A stretch of DNA of 63,763 bases, filler included, from Octopus bimaculoides (Eukaryota), in NCBI RefSeq assembly GCF_001194135.2. It is 9 parts of 9 records of this genome, joined end to end, with 100 filler letters (N's around TTAATTAATTAA, not from the genome) between each part and the next. Parts side by side here need not be neighbours in the genome. Positions count along the whole stretch, not along the records: positions 47,901 to 55,857 come from NC_068992.1; positions 55,958 to 62,580 come from NW_026376895.1; 7 more parts are not named here. One strand, given 5' to 3'. The notes under the pieces were generated by a model. The model did no database searches, was not told where the DNA came from, and saw only the letters and a program-made list of their open reading frames with translations. Of the stretch, positions 48,711-60,240 are shown in pieces; position 1 is the stretch's first letter; every line of letters begins with the position of its first letter. The translations under genes and the position numbers were made by a program.

Positions 48711-48864
48711 TTATTATCATTATATATATTATTATATATATTATTATATATATTATTATATATTATTATATATTATATATTATTATATATTATTATTATA
48801 TATATTATTATATATATTATTATCATTATATATATCATTATTATGATTGACCGTTGACTGAACA

Positions 48865-49034
48865 CTATTCAATTTTTTTTTCTCCGTGTTTTTCTCCTTG
48901 TCTCCGTATTCTTTCTGTTGAAGAGCGTAGCTCGAAACGTCAAAGACTTTCCGTATTCCCGAGCGTCATACTAATATATGCTTTTGTTATTTACACCACC
49001 TGTCCTCGTCTGTTGTTATTATTTGTATATTCTC

Positions 49035-49040
<6 letters not shown>
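48865..49040 (+). mobile_element. Hammerhead-bearing interspersed repeat (family 2), second copy
   Basis: Reverse-complement paralogue of 22462-22660. Confidence 0.7.
48910..48946 (+). ncRNA. Minimal type-I hammerhead-like motif (GUC site, A6U core)
   Basis: TCTTT | CTGTTGA-A | GAGC-GTA-GCTC | GAAAC-GTC | AAAGA. Helix I is a perfect 5 bp and helix II a perfect 4 bp. Confidence 0.55.
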
Positions 49041-49069
<29 letters not shown>

Positions 49070-49903
49070 NNNNNNNNNNNNNNNNNNNNNNNNNNNNNNN
49101 NNNNNNNNNNNNNNNNNNNNNNNNNNNNNNNNNNNNNNNNNNNNNNNNNNNNNNNNNNNNNNNNNNNNNNNNNNNNNNNNNNNNNNNNNNNNNNNNNNNN
49201 NNNNNNNNNNNNNNNNNNNNNNNNNNNNNNNNNNNNNNNNNNNNNNNNNNNNNNNNNNNNNNNNNNNNNNNNNNNNNNNNNNNNNNNNNNNNNNNNNNNN
49301 NNNNNNNNNNNNNNNNNNNNNNNNNNNNNNNNNNNNNNNNNNNNNNNNNNNNNNNNNNNNNNNNNNNNNNNNNNNNNNNNNNNNNNNNNNNNNNNNNNNN
49401 NNNNNNNNNNNNNNNNNNNNNNNNNNNNNNNNNNNNNNNNNNNNNNNNNNNNNNNNNNNNNNNNNNNNNNNNNNNNNNNNNNNNNNNNNNNNNNNNNNNN
49501 NNNNNNNNNNNNNNNNNNNNNNNNNNNNNNNNNNNNNNNNNNNNNNNNNNNNNNNNNNNNNNNNNNNNNNNNNNNNNNNNNNNNNNNNNNNNNNNNNNNN
49601 NNNNNNNNNNNNNNNNNNNNNNNNNNNNNNNNNNNNNNNNNNNNNNNNNNNNNNNNNNNNNNNNNNNNNNNNNNNNNNNNNNNNNNNNNNNNNNNNNNNN
49701 NNNNNNNNTATATATATATATATATATTATATATATATATATATATGCTAAACTACCCGAGAGACGTTGGGTCAACGGGCAAGTCTGAGTTTCCCAGCAA
49801 CGGAGTTTTGTTTCGTGTTTTATTTTTTTCTTTTCCAGGTTATTTCACATGCTTTCAACAAGTGTGACATCGAAATTACGGGTAAACTGCTCCCTAGAAA
49901 AGG

Positions 49904-50022
49904 AAAGATTTGGCTGCTAGTTCTTGCACGCCCTGCTACCACGTAACAGGTATTTCGGATACTTTATCGCAAATAGCTGTTACGTGGTAGCAGGGCGTTC
50001 TAGAAATAATGGCCAAATCTTT
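49904..50022. repeat. 119-bp palindrome with a perfect 22-bp inner stem
   Basis: ACGCCCTGCTACCACGTAACAG (49928-49949) pairs with CTGTTACGTGGTAGCAGGGCGT (49977-49998); outer arms AAAGATTTGGC/GCCAAATCTTT. Confidence 0.9.
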
Positions 50023-51989
50023 AGAGGTGAGATACGTTGAATGCACTCGGAAAAAAAAACAATGGAAAAAAATTATTTCATATCGCGGTTACGAACGGGT
50101 TGTTTACAAAATATTTTCTTATTTGTAAAGTCCTTTTGACTATAAAATATTTTTTAAATATGCCAAAATTTTATTGTAGTGGTATTCACTTGAAAATAAT
50201 AAATCAAAAAAAGAAAACATAAAAATATTGTCTATTTAAAGAAAGCTAAAATATAAATATGTACTGTACAAACAACTTACATTTTTGAAATCACATTCAC
50301 TTAAAAATATTTCTAAATGATTAAAATACTGTGTTTAACAAAAGCGAAAATAGAAACTTTTACTGTAAAAAACATCGTATTTTTCGTTGTCAAATCACTG
50401 TGTCTAATCGAAAGGTAATTTTTTTTTCCTTTCCAGTGTTAAGTGCATTTCGGAATATCTTCCCATTATGCACCGTTTTGGGTATTCATACCCAGAAAAC
50501 CCTTAATGTCTCGACAAGCACTTGTCCAATGTATGCGAAACTTGCTTTATTCCCTTCCGTATTCACATTTCAGGGGTGGGTTATTTCATAGTATTTCCCC
50601 CATTATCCGCCAGTTTGGCTGGGTAATGCTGCAAGCTAGCAAGCAAGCAAACAAGGAGACAAGATTCAAGCTCACTTTTAATGTATTATATATTTTTCAT
50701 ATAACAGTAAATGAAATATTTTATCAGCACAGTCCGTCAACATTGATTGGCGCAAAACGTGTAATTGAAGAGTTAAACTGTTAGATATGTTATGAAACTA
50801 GTGAATATTTTGACCTCTGGAAAACCATCCACAACTTACAAACTTATGTTACAATTAGAAAGATAAGGAAAACCATTCACTCTCCTTGCAGTATAACTAG
50901 AGAATTATCAACTTAATAAATAATGGCTTCTAATTTAAGCACAGAGTAGAAATTTTTTAGGGACTGGGAGCTGTCGATAGCATCCGCGCCAGTGTCTGAG
51001 TACTAGTTTATTTTATCGAAGCCAAATGGATGAGAAGTAAACTTGAATTCGATGTGATTTTTAATGCAGAACATATATGCTTGGAATTTATGGCGTAATG
51101 AATTTCCTCGCATGCTGGAAAAGTTTTCCAAAAGCATCACCAATATGCATTCATTAATATATATACATACATGTATAAATATATACACATACATAAGCAT
51201 TTGTACGTATATATGTGTCTGTGTGTGTATATATATGCATGTATATGTATACATACATAGATACATCTATATACACAAAGACATATCTGTCTATCTATCT
51301 ATTTATCTATCTATATATCTATCATTATGTATGTATGCATGTATGCATGTATGTATGTATACATGTGTGTTTGTATGACTGTATATATGTATGTATGTGT
51401 GTTTGTATGTCTGTATCCTGGCCGTCTAACATGTGTATATGTACGCGTGTGTATACGAGTAAATTGTGACCACTCGTGTGTATGTTCTGCAGCAGTGTGA
51501 AGGTTGTTGAGCCAAACAATGTTTACTGTACTATTTAGTCAAAACGAATATCGTCATCCATTTTGTGTATCATTAGTAAATAAATAGACATCGATAACTG
51601 AAATACGAACGGCGGTGCTCCAGCAACGCCTCGGTCCAATGGCTTTAACAAGAACAAGAGTAAAAGAATAATAAACGTATTGAATTTGGTACCATCGTTT
51701 AAAATTCTCGAAAGAATGACACCGATGTAATACGAAAAAGCTTTAAATAAATGCAGGATTCAGCAATACATGCAAAGAAAAAAAAAACGGGCAACCGCAC
51801 TCATATATATGTATGCACTAGTGTATACACATATACATACATATATANNNNNNNNNNNNNNNNNNNNNNNNNNNNNNNNNNNNNNNNNNNNNNNNNNNNN
51901 NNNNNNNNNNNNNNNNNNNNNNNNNNNNNNNNNNNNNNNNNNNNNNNNNNNNNNNNNNNNNNNNNNNNNNNNNNNNNNNNNNNNNNNNN

Positions 51990-52036
<47 letters not shown>

Positions 52037-52059
52037 AGAGAGAGAGAGAGAGAGAAAGG

Positions 52060-52101
<42 letters not shown>

Positions 52102-52139
52102 TAGATAGATAGAGAGAGAGAGAACTTTTCCTCAGCAGA

Positions 52140-52570
52140 AGTAGATACCATTTGTTATCGTACTCATGCACTTCATTCGGTGAAAGCATATACCACCATG
52201 AATAGCAGCAATAGATTATAAGTATCTCGAAACAAAATTGTCCTTTTATATCGACCAGTTCAGGCTGTGAACACTTGTATATATATTTTATACCATTCAA
52301 GAATAACTTCAAACATGATAAATGCTAACTACTTTTTCGAAACATACAATGTGTCGCCCACTTGCTGCGAATGGTATAAAGATATGAAGGGAAGTAAAGA
52401 CAAATTGTAGGAGACACTATATATTCCCGTCCATATCTCAATAAAAAATAACATCAAAGATAATAGTAAATTCAGAAAGATAAGTTGGTATTTGTGATAT
52501 ATAACACAATCTAAAGTTTTGCAAACTATACACGAATAATAGGAAGAATGTATAAATAGGAGCAAAAAAG
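52140..52570 (-). pseudogene. Possible decayed multi-pass membrane protein (class-A GPCR-like) fragment
   Basis: Hydrophobic frames YQLIFLNLLLSLMLFF...LAFIMFEVILEWY...FCFEILIIYCCYSWWYMLSP are spaced like TM2-TM4, with one stop and one frameshift. Weak evidence. Confidence 0.25.
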
Positions 52571-53224
52571 AAACATTCTATGGTTGTATTGTTGACGTAC
52601 AAACACTAATTATAATGCAAGGAAAAAGTTCTCGCCATTGTATATAGAAGCATATAGCGGTTATCACAATCGGTTCGGTGTAATCGAGAAACATATTTAA
52701 ATTTATAAACTGTCTGACCTGGATCAATATTTAATGTTATTGGACTTTACAATGAATGTATAATGGTACTCGAAATATTTACAACTGAATTATGTATTTT
52801 AGCACTAGGCTGAATTTCCCAGTTGTCAGCATTCGCTAGATATTCAATTATTCCATTTAAATGAACAGTTTGGAAATGTTATTAAATTCTGTCATGTTTT
52901 GCTTTCTAAATTATAATAGTGCCATACAAAAAGAAATATGATGTGTCATCAGAAATGATGATTGCCTAATAGGCGTTATCTCCCTCAAGGCGATTTCGAA
53001 GCTATCATTGCTTATCGTTCCTGCATTTTTGTTAGATTGGAGCATTAACTGTACTGAGTAATCGAGTCGGTAATGCCCTTTATACACATACATATATTTA
53101 TATAACTACATACAGACACAACGCACATAATAAAGAGATAAATGGAAGCATAGATAGAAGGATAGATAGCTAGGTAAATAGATTGAAGGTTAGACGGGTA
53201 GATAGATAGATAGATAGATAGAGA

Positions 53225-53276
<52 letters not shown>

Positions 53277-53468
53277 GACAGACAAGTATATAGACAGTTA
53301 GAGAGAGTTGAGTACATGTATTGTTCTAATTCAAGATATATATATATATATATATAAAATTAACACACAAAGATTTTTCAATACGTATACAATGATTTAG
53401 AAGTTTCTGCTTACTCACATTCAGCACTTCGATGTCAGAGAAAACTTTTTCCTTTCCTTGTGAATGTA

Positions 53469-53538
53469 ATCCATCCATCCATCCATCCATCCATCCATCC
53501 ATCCATCCATCCATCCATCCATCCATTCATCCATCCAT
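53469..53538. repeat. (ATCC)n tetranucleotide microsatellite
   Basis: Direct reading. Confidence 0.95.
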
Positions 53539-53811
53539 GAGTCTAAAGCTGGCTCCCGTATCTGACGAGCTAGCTTAGTTTATTTGCATTAATTCATGAA
53601 TATACAAATTGTATCGTAGAATGCTAAGCAAACATATTCATGAAATCATGCACGCACAATTTTGTATTTCTTCTGCAAAGAAATAAATACTACATGATAC
53701 TACATTAATATTACATTGTAATATGGCCGCAATCCTAAGGAAATCACGTGGTTAGATTATGTGTGTTCAGCTTTCTTACATTTAGATTTCATGGATTTAT
53801 ATATACGCACA

Positions 53812-53990
53812 CAGTAACCCTTCGAATATCACGGGTGCTATGTTCCAACACCCCACCTCATAAGTGAAAATCTGCGAAGTAGAAAAAGTACTGTATTGTA
53901 TATTTTTTATTGTATTTATAATTTGTGTATATTCATTTTATTGTAAATGCAAAGCAACACCACGGAGGAATCGACATATCCGAATTTTTT
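53812..53990 (+). mobile_element. Tigger/pogo-type transposon left end
   Basis: CAGTAACCCTTCGAATATCACGGG...GTTCCAACACCCC...AAGTGAAAATCTGCGAAGTAG is a Tigger-like TIR and subterminal region. Confidence 0.6.
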
Positions 53991-54044
53991 TTTTTATATA
54001 TATACACAGGGCTATTCCTCATATTTAAAGGAGTGGGTAGCCAC

Positions 54045-54655
54045 AACAAGACACACACCAGGCATCCCATTCATTTCCCAGCTCAAAGAGACGAGCCCCA
54101 TTCTATGCTCGGATCAAGGCATAGAACGCAGCTCCCAGTATCAATAGTGAGGCCCGACCGCATGTACTGGTTTACCCCCGCCGTATCATGCTGGTTCCGT
54201 GCACCTTTGAGCAACATCAAATTTTACTCCTCCGTCCACAAACACTCACCAAGCTTCCTGTCATTTATGAATTGTCTTGCCTCTCTCACTGCAACACCTC
54301 TAACCTCCAAAGATTCCCTCCATCCATCCATCCGCACAAACGGAGGTATTTCTCTGGGCCTGCTGTCTACCACTTCTTCCTTCATTACCTTCCTTACCAC
54401 CAGCTCCTCATCCCTATGGCCAAACCATCTCAACATTCGTCCATCCATTTTTGTTGTTAGTTTTTCTCTCATTCCTACTCGCCTTCGCACCTCCACTTCC
54501 TCATCTTGTCCATCCGTGTCACACCAACCATAGCCTTCAAAATCTCATTTTAGACACTCTAGTCACCTCCTTTCCACCTCTCTCAGTGCCCCACGTCTCT
54601 GCACCATATAACACTGTTGGCACAATCACGCCCTCATACACACATGTTTTCGCAT
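54045..54655 (-). mobile_element. RTE LINE family 1, second 5'-truncated copy
   Basis: YEGVIVPTVLYGAETWG...EVRRRVGMREKLTTKMDGRMLRWFGH...; the 3' UTR matches 5480-5620. Confidence 0.9.
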
Positions 54656-55815
54656 AAAAATATCGTGATTGGTGAACAGCGATATGGCAAGGGATAACTG
54701 TATATACGTACATAGGTATATACAAACATACGCACAAACATTACCTTCATTCTGTATATTCATATATTTTGTGTCGTGTACAATCGTGTTGCCAAAACAC
54801 TGAATTGTGGTATTATAGCTTTGTTTGGCTATGCACAAACAAACTAGTGGAGACGAGAATACATTATTTACCAAAGGTTTATGACTTTAGGTACAATAAG
54901 GCTCGTCAGTTATTTTTGTATAGTTCATTCAGATTCGTTCCACGCACGCTGCTGACATTCTTGTTTTCATTCTCCTCCCAGAAGTCCTTTTCTTTCCTAC
55001 TGACCAACTTCCTAGGTAGCCCGCAGCGAAGTATCTATCTACAGTTCGTCTGTTACGAATACTGCCCTACACGTGTGTTATAAATTATTGTAAGATGCAA
55101 TGGTAATTATAAGATCATCTTTCAAAAAAGATTTGTCATTGATTCCTATATAATTCTTCAGTACGTTTCCGTGTGTGCATTGTGTGCAGATTCAACGGCC
55201 ATTAATGTAGCTAGATATTTCTAATTTTCTGCTGAGATAAGATAGATGTCTTTCAGACAGGACACTAGATTATATCATATCCTTTTTTGTAGACAAGGTG
55301 TTTCTTTTGTTTTCTTATTCTTCTTTATCTCATAGATATATTTCGGAAGGTCGAGATTATCTTCTTACAAAACTGAAGCTTGATATAATACATTGAATTG
55401 TTGGAAATGATGGAAACATTTTGAGAAGATTCTTCCAGTTGAAGTATGATGAATGCTGCTTAGTTCATCAGATCTTTACTACTAGATCAATTGTAATAAT
55501 AATGCATTTATAATTTACATCATTCTGCGTATGTAGATATGAAAAAAAAAAATTATGTGAAATTTACGTAATAATGCTCTGCGGTGTTACAAAACAGATG
55601 AATTGCTTATTATTTCGAACAATTTTCTATGTGGCAAAACAGGATACCACGTGAATATCTGATAGTAAATGAGACCTTATAACATAACTATTTGAAACAT
55701 TCATGACCACAACATCTAAAAAGATCTGAAATACTACGAGTGTTTATCTACACAACTAAGTTATGTAGATAAATAAGTTCGCAATGTATGACATATGTGT
55801 GCGTGTAAGTGTGTT

Positions 55816-55857
<42 letters not shown>

Positions 55858-55959
55858 NNNNNNNNNNNNNNNNNNNNNNNNNNNNNNNNNNNNNNNNNNN
55901 NTTAATTAATTAANNNNNNNNNNNNNNNNNNNNNNNNNNNNNNNNNNNNNNNNNNNNGA

Positions 55960-56105
55960 TTTGTGGAAGAATGTAACAGCAAGCCTTTTATTGTATTCGA
56001 AAGTCTCATCTCTCATATTACAATAAATTAAAATTTTTAATAAACAACTCATTGGGTGTCAGTTCTCACAGGCCAGTCAAAATCTCTTCACAGGCCAGAT
56101 CTCTA
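55960..56105 (-). mobile_element. Second copy of the hAT element 5' region with subterminal GGCCAG repeats
   Basis: 55984-56024 matches 60200-60240 at 38/41 in the same orientation. It is followed by CACAGGCCAG twice. Confidence 0.55.
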
Positions 56106-56367
56106 TGTTATATTGAATAACTTTATCAATATTAATGTCAAAACTGGAAAACAATTATAACTTAGGAATCAGGGAAGATCATAAAATAAATTAATTATAA
56201 TCTTTTCATTTATGATCTGAAATAGTTTCATTGTACATTTCCAGTGAATGAATCAGTACATGGTTTTGCTATGTGAATCAATACAGGGAGAACAACCCTC
56301 CAGAGAGTTTACAAGTGCATATAAAAAATTCCTAGTCTTCTTCTTGCTTAATGTTGTCCAAGATACA

Positions 56368-57932
56368 ATCATCATCATCATCATCATTTAATATCCGCTT
56401 TCCATGCTAGCATGAGTTGGACGATTTGACTGGGGACTGGCAAACCAGATGGTTACACTAGACTCCAATCTGATCCGGCAGAGTTTCTACAGCTGGATGC
56501 CCTTCCTAACACCAACCACTCCGGGAGTGTATTGGGTGCTTTTTACGTGCCACTGGCACGAGGGCCAGTCTGGCGGTACTGGCAATGGCCACGCGCAAGT
56601 GGTGTTTTTTTACATGCCACCTGCACGGGAGTCAGTCCAATGTTTTGTTTTGTTCACATGCCACCGGCACAAGTGCTAGTAAGGTGAAACTGGAAACGAT
56701 CGCGCTCAAATAGTGCTTTTTACATGCCACCGGCAGTGATCCTGCTCAGATGGTGCTGTTAGCACTCCACTGGCACGGGTGCCAGACATCGAATTTAGTT
56801 CAGTTTCAATCTCACTTGCCCCAACAGGTCTTCGCAAGCTGAGTTTAGTGTCCAATGAAGGAAGGTTGACATGGGTGCCAGTCAACGAATTTGGTTCAAT
56901 TTTCGATTTCGATTTCACTTGCCTCAACAGGTCTTCGCAAGCAGGATTTTGTATCCAAAGAAGCAAAGGTACGCATAAGTGGACTGGCTACACCCCTGGT
57001 AAAAGCCACAGGTTAAGGTCTCGCTTGTCTTGCCGGATCTTCTCACGCACAGCATATTTTCAAAAGTCTCGGTCACAAGTCATTGCCTTGGTGAGGCCTA
57101 ATGTTTGAAGGTCGTGCTTCACCACCTCATCCCAGGTCTTCCTGGGTCTACCTCTTCCACAGGTACCCTCAACTGCAAAGCTGTAGAACTTTTTCACACA
57201 GCTATCCTCATCCATTCTTGCCAAATGGCCTTACCAGTTCAATCGTCTCTCTTGCACACCACAACTGATGCTTCTTAGGTCCAACTTTTCTCTCAAGGTA
57301 CTTACACTCTGTCGAGTATGCACACTGGCATTACACATCCATCGGAGCATACTGGCTTCATTCCTTGCGAGCTTACCGCATGTCCTCAGCAGTCACAGCC
57401 CATGTTTCACTGCCATGAAGCATGGCTGTTCGTACAAGTGTCATACAGTCTGCCTTTCACTCTGAGCGAGAGGCCCTTTGTCACCAGCAGAGGTAAGAGC
57501 TCTCTGAACTTTGCCTAGGCTATTCTTATTCTAGCAGTTACACTTTCAGCACACCCTCCCCCACTACTGACTTTGTCACCTAGGTAACAGAAGCTATTAA
57601 CTACTTCTAGTTTTTCTCCCTGGAATGTGGCAGAAGGTCTTCTCTGCACATTTCCAGTGTTTATTGCTCCTGAGCATCTGCCACATACAAAAACTATCTT
57701 GCTAGTTAACCTTCCTTTGATATTGCTGCACTTCTTATGTATCCATAGCTTACACCAGGTACATCTTATAGAGTTTTTGCCTACACCTTTTCTACAGATC
57801 TAGCAGGGCCATCTACCTGAAGGGGTTTGTGTTTTGTCTACCTTTCTACTTATTAAGACTTTGGTTTTTGCTAGGTTGACTCTTAGGCCCTTCGATTCTA
57901 GTCTTTGCTTCCACACCTGAAACTTCTCTACC
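56368..57932 (-). mobile_element. RTE LINE family 2, 1.56-kb 5'-truncated copy (RT end, Cys-rich insert, C-terminus, 3' UTR, (GAT)n tail)
   Basis: EKFQVWKQRLESKGLRVNLAKTKVL...ICRKGVGKNSIRCTWCKLWIHKKC...SFCYLGD...KFRELLPLLVTKGLSLRVKGRLYD; several stops and frameshifts. Confidence 0.93.
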
Positions 57933-60240
57933 ATTTGAAAACATTCTGATACTGTCTCCACCTCCACATCAAATGTTGTAGCAAACAATTTAAACTGATT
58001 TGCATGCAGATTTGTCAGCAAAATGTGATGTAAATTCATTTCTCAAATCCTGAATTATATTCACAAATACCTCTGAATCCTGTGTTTCCTTCCTTGAAAT
58101 GATGGAAAATGCACATAATTTTTATTTCAAACTTAATTTTCCCACAACTGTAACTTTTTTTTCAAAGGCAACAATATGGTTATACATTTCATTTATGAGC
58201 TAGGTTTAACCTTGAAGTTGTAAATTTAAGTTATTTAGATGAATCACAATATCTACAATAAATGCCAAAGTTGCAAGCCAATCAGATCTCGAAAATGTGA
58301 ACTATTCACATGTTTGCTTTCAAGAAATATTGCCACCTCTTTGTGTAGGGCAAGTACTCTTTGTAGCATTGATCCTCAGCTAAGCCAGCATACATCACAG
58401 AAATAGGCAAGGTCACTATATTCTGCCTCAGTATCTAGCAAAAACTGTTTAAATTGATGACGATTTAATCCACAAGATAGGATCAGATTCACAACCTTCA
58501 CAATATCCATAACATTCTTAAATTTCAAAGACTTGACACACAATGTCTCTTGATGGATAATGCAATGAATTTTAACAAGTTTATGTATGATTCCAAGGCT
58601 TTCTATATGTTCTTGCAGTTGTGCAACAATGCCTTTTTTTTTTTTTGTCGTACCATTGCTGGAGCACCATCAGTTGTTTTGCCAATTAGCTTTGAAAAAT
58701 CAAACTTCATTTCTGATATCATTTTCAAAAAGCTTCAAAGAAGTCTGCTTTGGTTACGGTTTCCTTCATAGAAATTAACTGAATAAATTCTTTGAAGATC
58801 TGAAAAGTTGAAGTCACTCCTTACACAAAAACAGCAAGTTGTGCAGTGTCACTTAAGTCNNNNNNNNNNNNNNNNNNNNNNNNNNNNNNNNNNNNNNNNN
58901 NNNNNNNNNNNNNNNNNNNNNNNNNNNNNNNNNNNNNNNNNNNNNNNNNNNNNNNNNNNNNNNNNNNNNNNNNNNNNNNNNNNNNNNNNNNNNNNNNNNN
59001 NNNNNNNNNNNNNNNNNNNNNNNNNNNNNNNNNNNNNNNNNNNNNNNNNNNNNNNNNNNNNNNNNNNNNNNNNNNNNNNNNNNNNNNNNNNNNNNNNNNN
59101 NNNNNNNNNNNNNNNNNNNNNNNNNNNNNNNNNNNNNNNNNNNNNNNNNNNNNNNNNNNNNNNNNNNNNNNNNNNNNNNNNNNNNNNNNNNNNNNNNNNN
59201 NNNNNNNNNNNNNNNNNNNNNNNNNNNNNNNNNNNNNNNNNNNNNNNNNNNNNNNNNNNNNNNNNNNNNNNNNNNNNNNNNNNNNNNNNNNNNNNNNNNN
59301 GACATTCGAGCGAGATCGTTGCCAGTGCCGATGGGCTGGCTCCTGTGCAGGTGGCACGTAAAACACACCATTTCGAGCGTGGCCGTCGCCAGTTCCGCCT
59401 GACTGGCCCTCGTGCTGGTGGCACGTAAAACACCCACTACACTCTTGGAGTGGTTGGCGTTAGGAAGGGCATCCAGCTGTAGAAGCTCTGCCAAATCAGA
59501 TTGGAGCCTGGTGTCGCCTCCTGGTCCACCAGTTCTCAGTCAAATCATCCAACCCATGCTAGCATGGACAGCGGACGTTAAACGATGATGATGATGATGA
59601 TGAATGCAGACGTTGATTAATTGGTTTTTAACATCTGCTGACATTTCTTCAACTCGTTATATGACTGTCCTCAGAGACAGGCTGATAGTTTCAAATAAAA
59701 ACTATTTTTGGACAAACAATATCCAACACTGCTAATAAGCAGTCTTTAAAAAAATCACCATCTGTAAAAGGTTTCATCTTTTCAGTAATGCATTTTGAGA
59801 CTTCATAGCTGGCAATTGTATTTGCCACATTTTCACCTTTTCTGTTTTTAAAAAATAATAATTGTTTTCCAAAACTAGACTTCAACCACTCAACTTCATC
59901 TTTCCTTGCTTGTCCAGTAAATGTCCTAAAATTTTCATAATGGTGCATCTTGAAATGTTGCCCCTAATATTTGCTACCTTATTCACAGCTATGCTTTCCA
60001 GGCATCTGAGACAAATCAGGTTCCCACTGTGCTCATTCAAGAAGTAATCTAAAGTTCGAGTTTCTTGGAAAATTCAGCTTTCAGCATCTACCTTTCTTCA
60101 TTTTGCATTCATAGTCATTGAAATTTTTTCCAACAAATAAAATCAAAATTTAAATTTAAAATTTTACATTTGAATAATTTTATTTTCTTTAATGGCAGAC
60201 CTTTTATTGTATTCAAAAGTCTTGTCTCTCATATTACAAT
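57933..60240 (-). mobile_element. hAT (SPIN/Charlie, GTF2IRD2-like) transposase relic interrupted by an RTE insertion
   Basis: RKVDAE...DYF...CL.C...ASYEVSKCITEKMKPFTDGDFFKDCL...ISLSLRTV // DLSDTAQLAVFV.GV...TDGAPAM...HCIIHQETLC...WLS.G...LAFIVDI..HLNNLNLQLQG...FQM. Confidence 0.92.
59301..59603 (+). mobile_element. RTE family 2 3' end inserted in the hAT relic (left boundary in the gap)
   Basis: Same 3' UTR as 30266 and 56368; its (GAT)n tail abuts hAT coding sequence. Confidence 0.9.

Noticed and set aside
50040-50560. piggyBac TIR and Cys-rich tail remnants
   Set aside because: No TTAA at the putative end, the orientation is inconsistent with the coding remnant, and the Cys residues are not retained.
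54769-55083. 104-aa ORF
   Set aside because: No domain similarity recognised, no supporting splice context, length within chance range.
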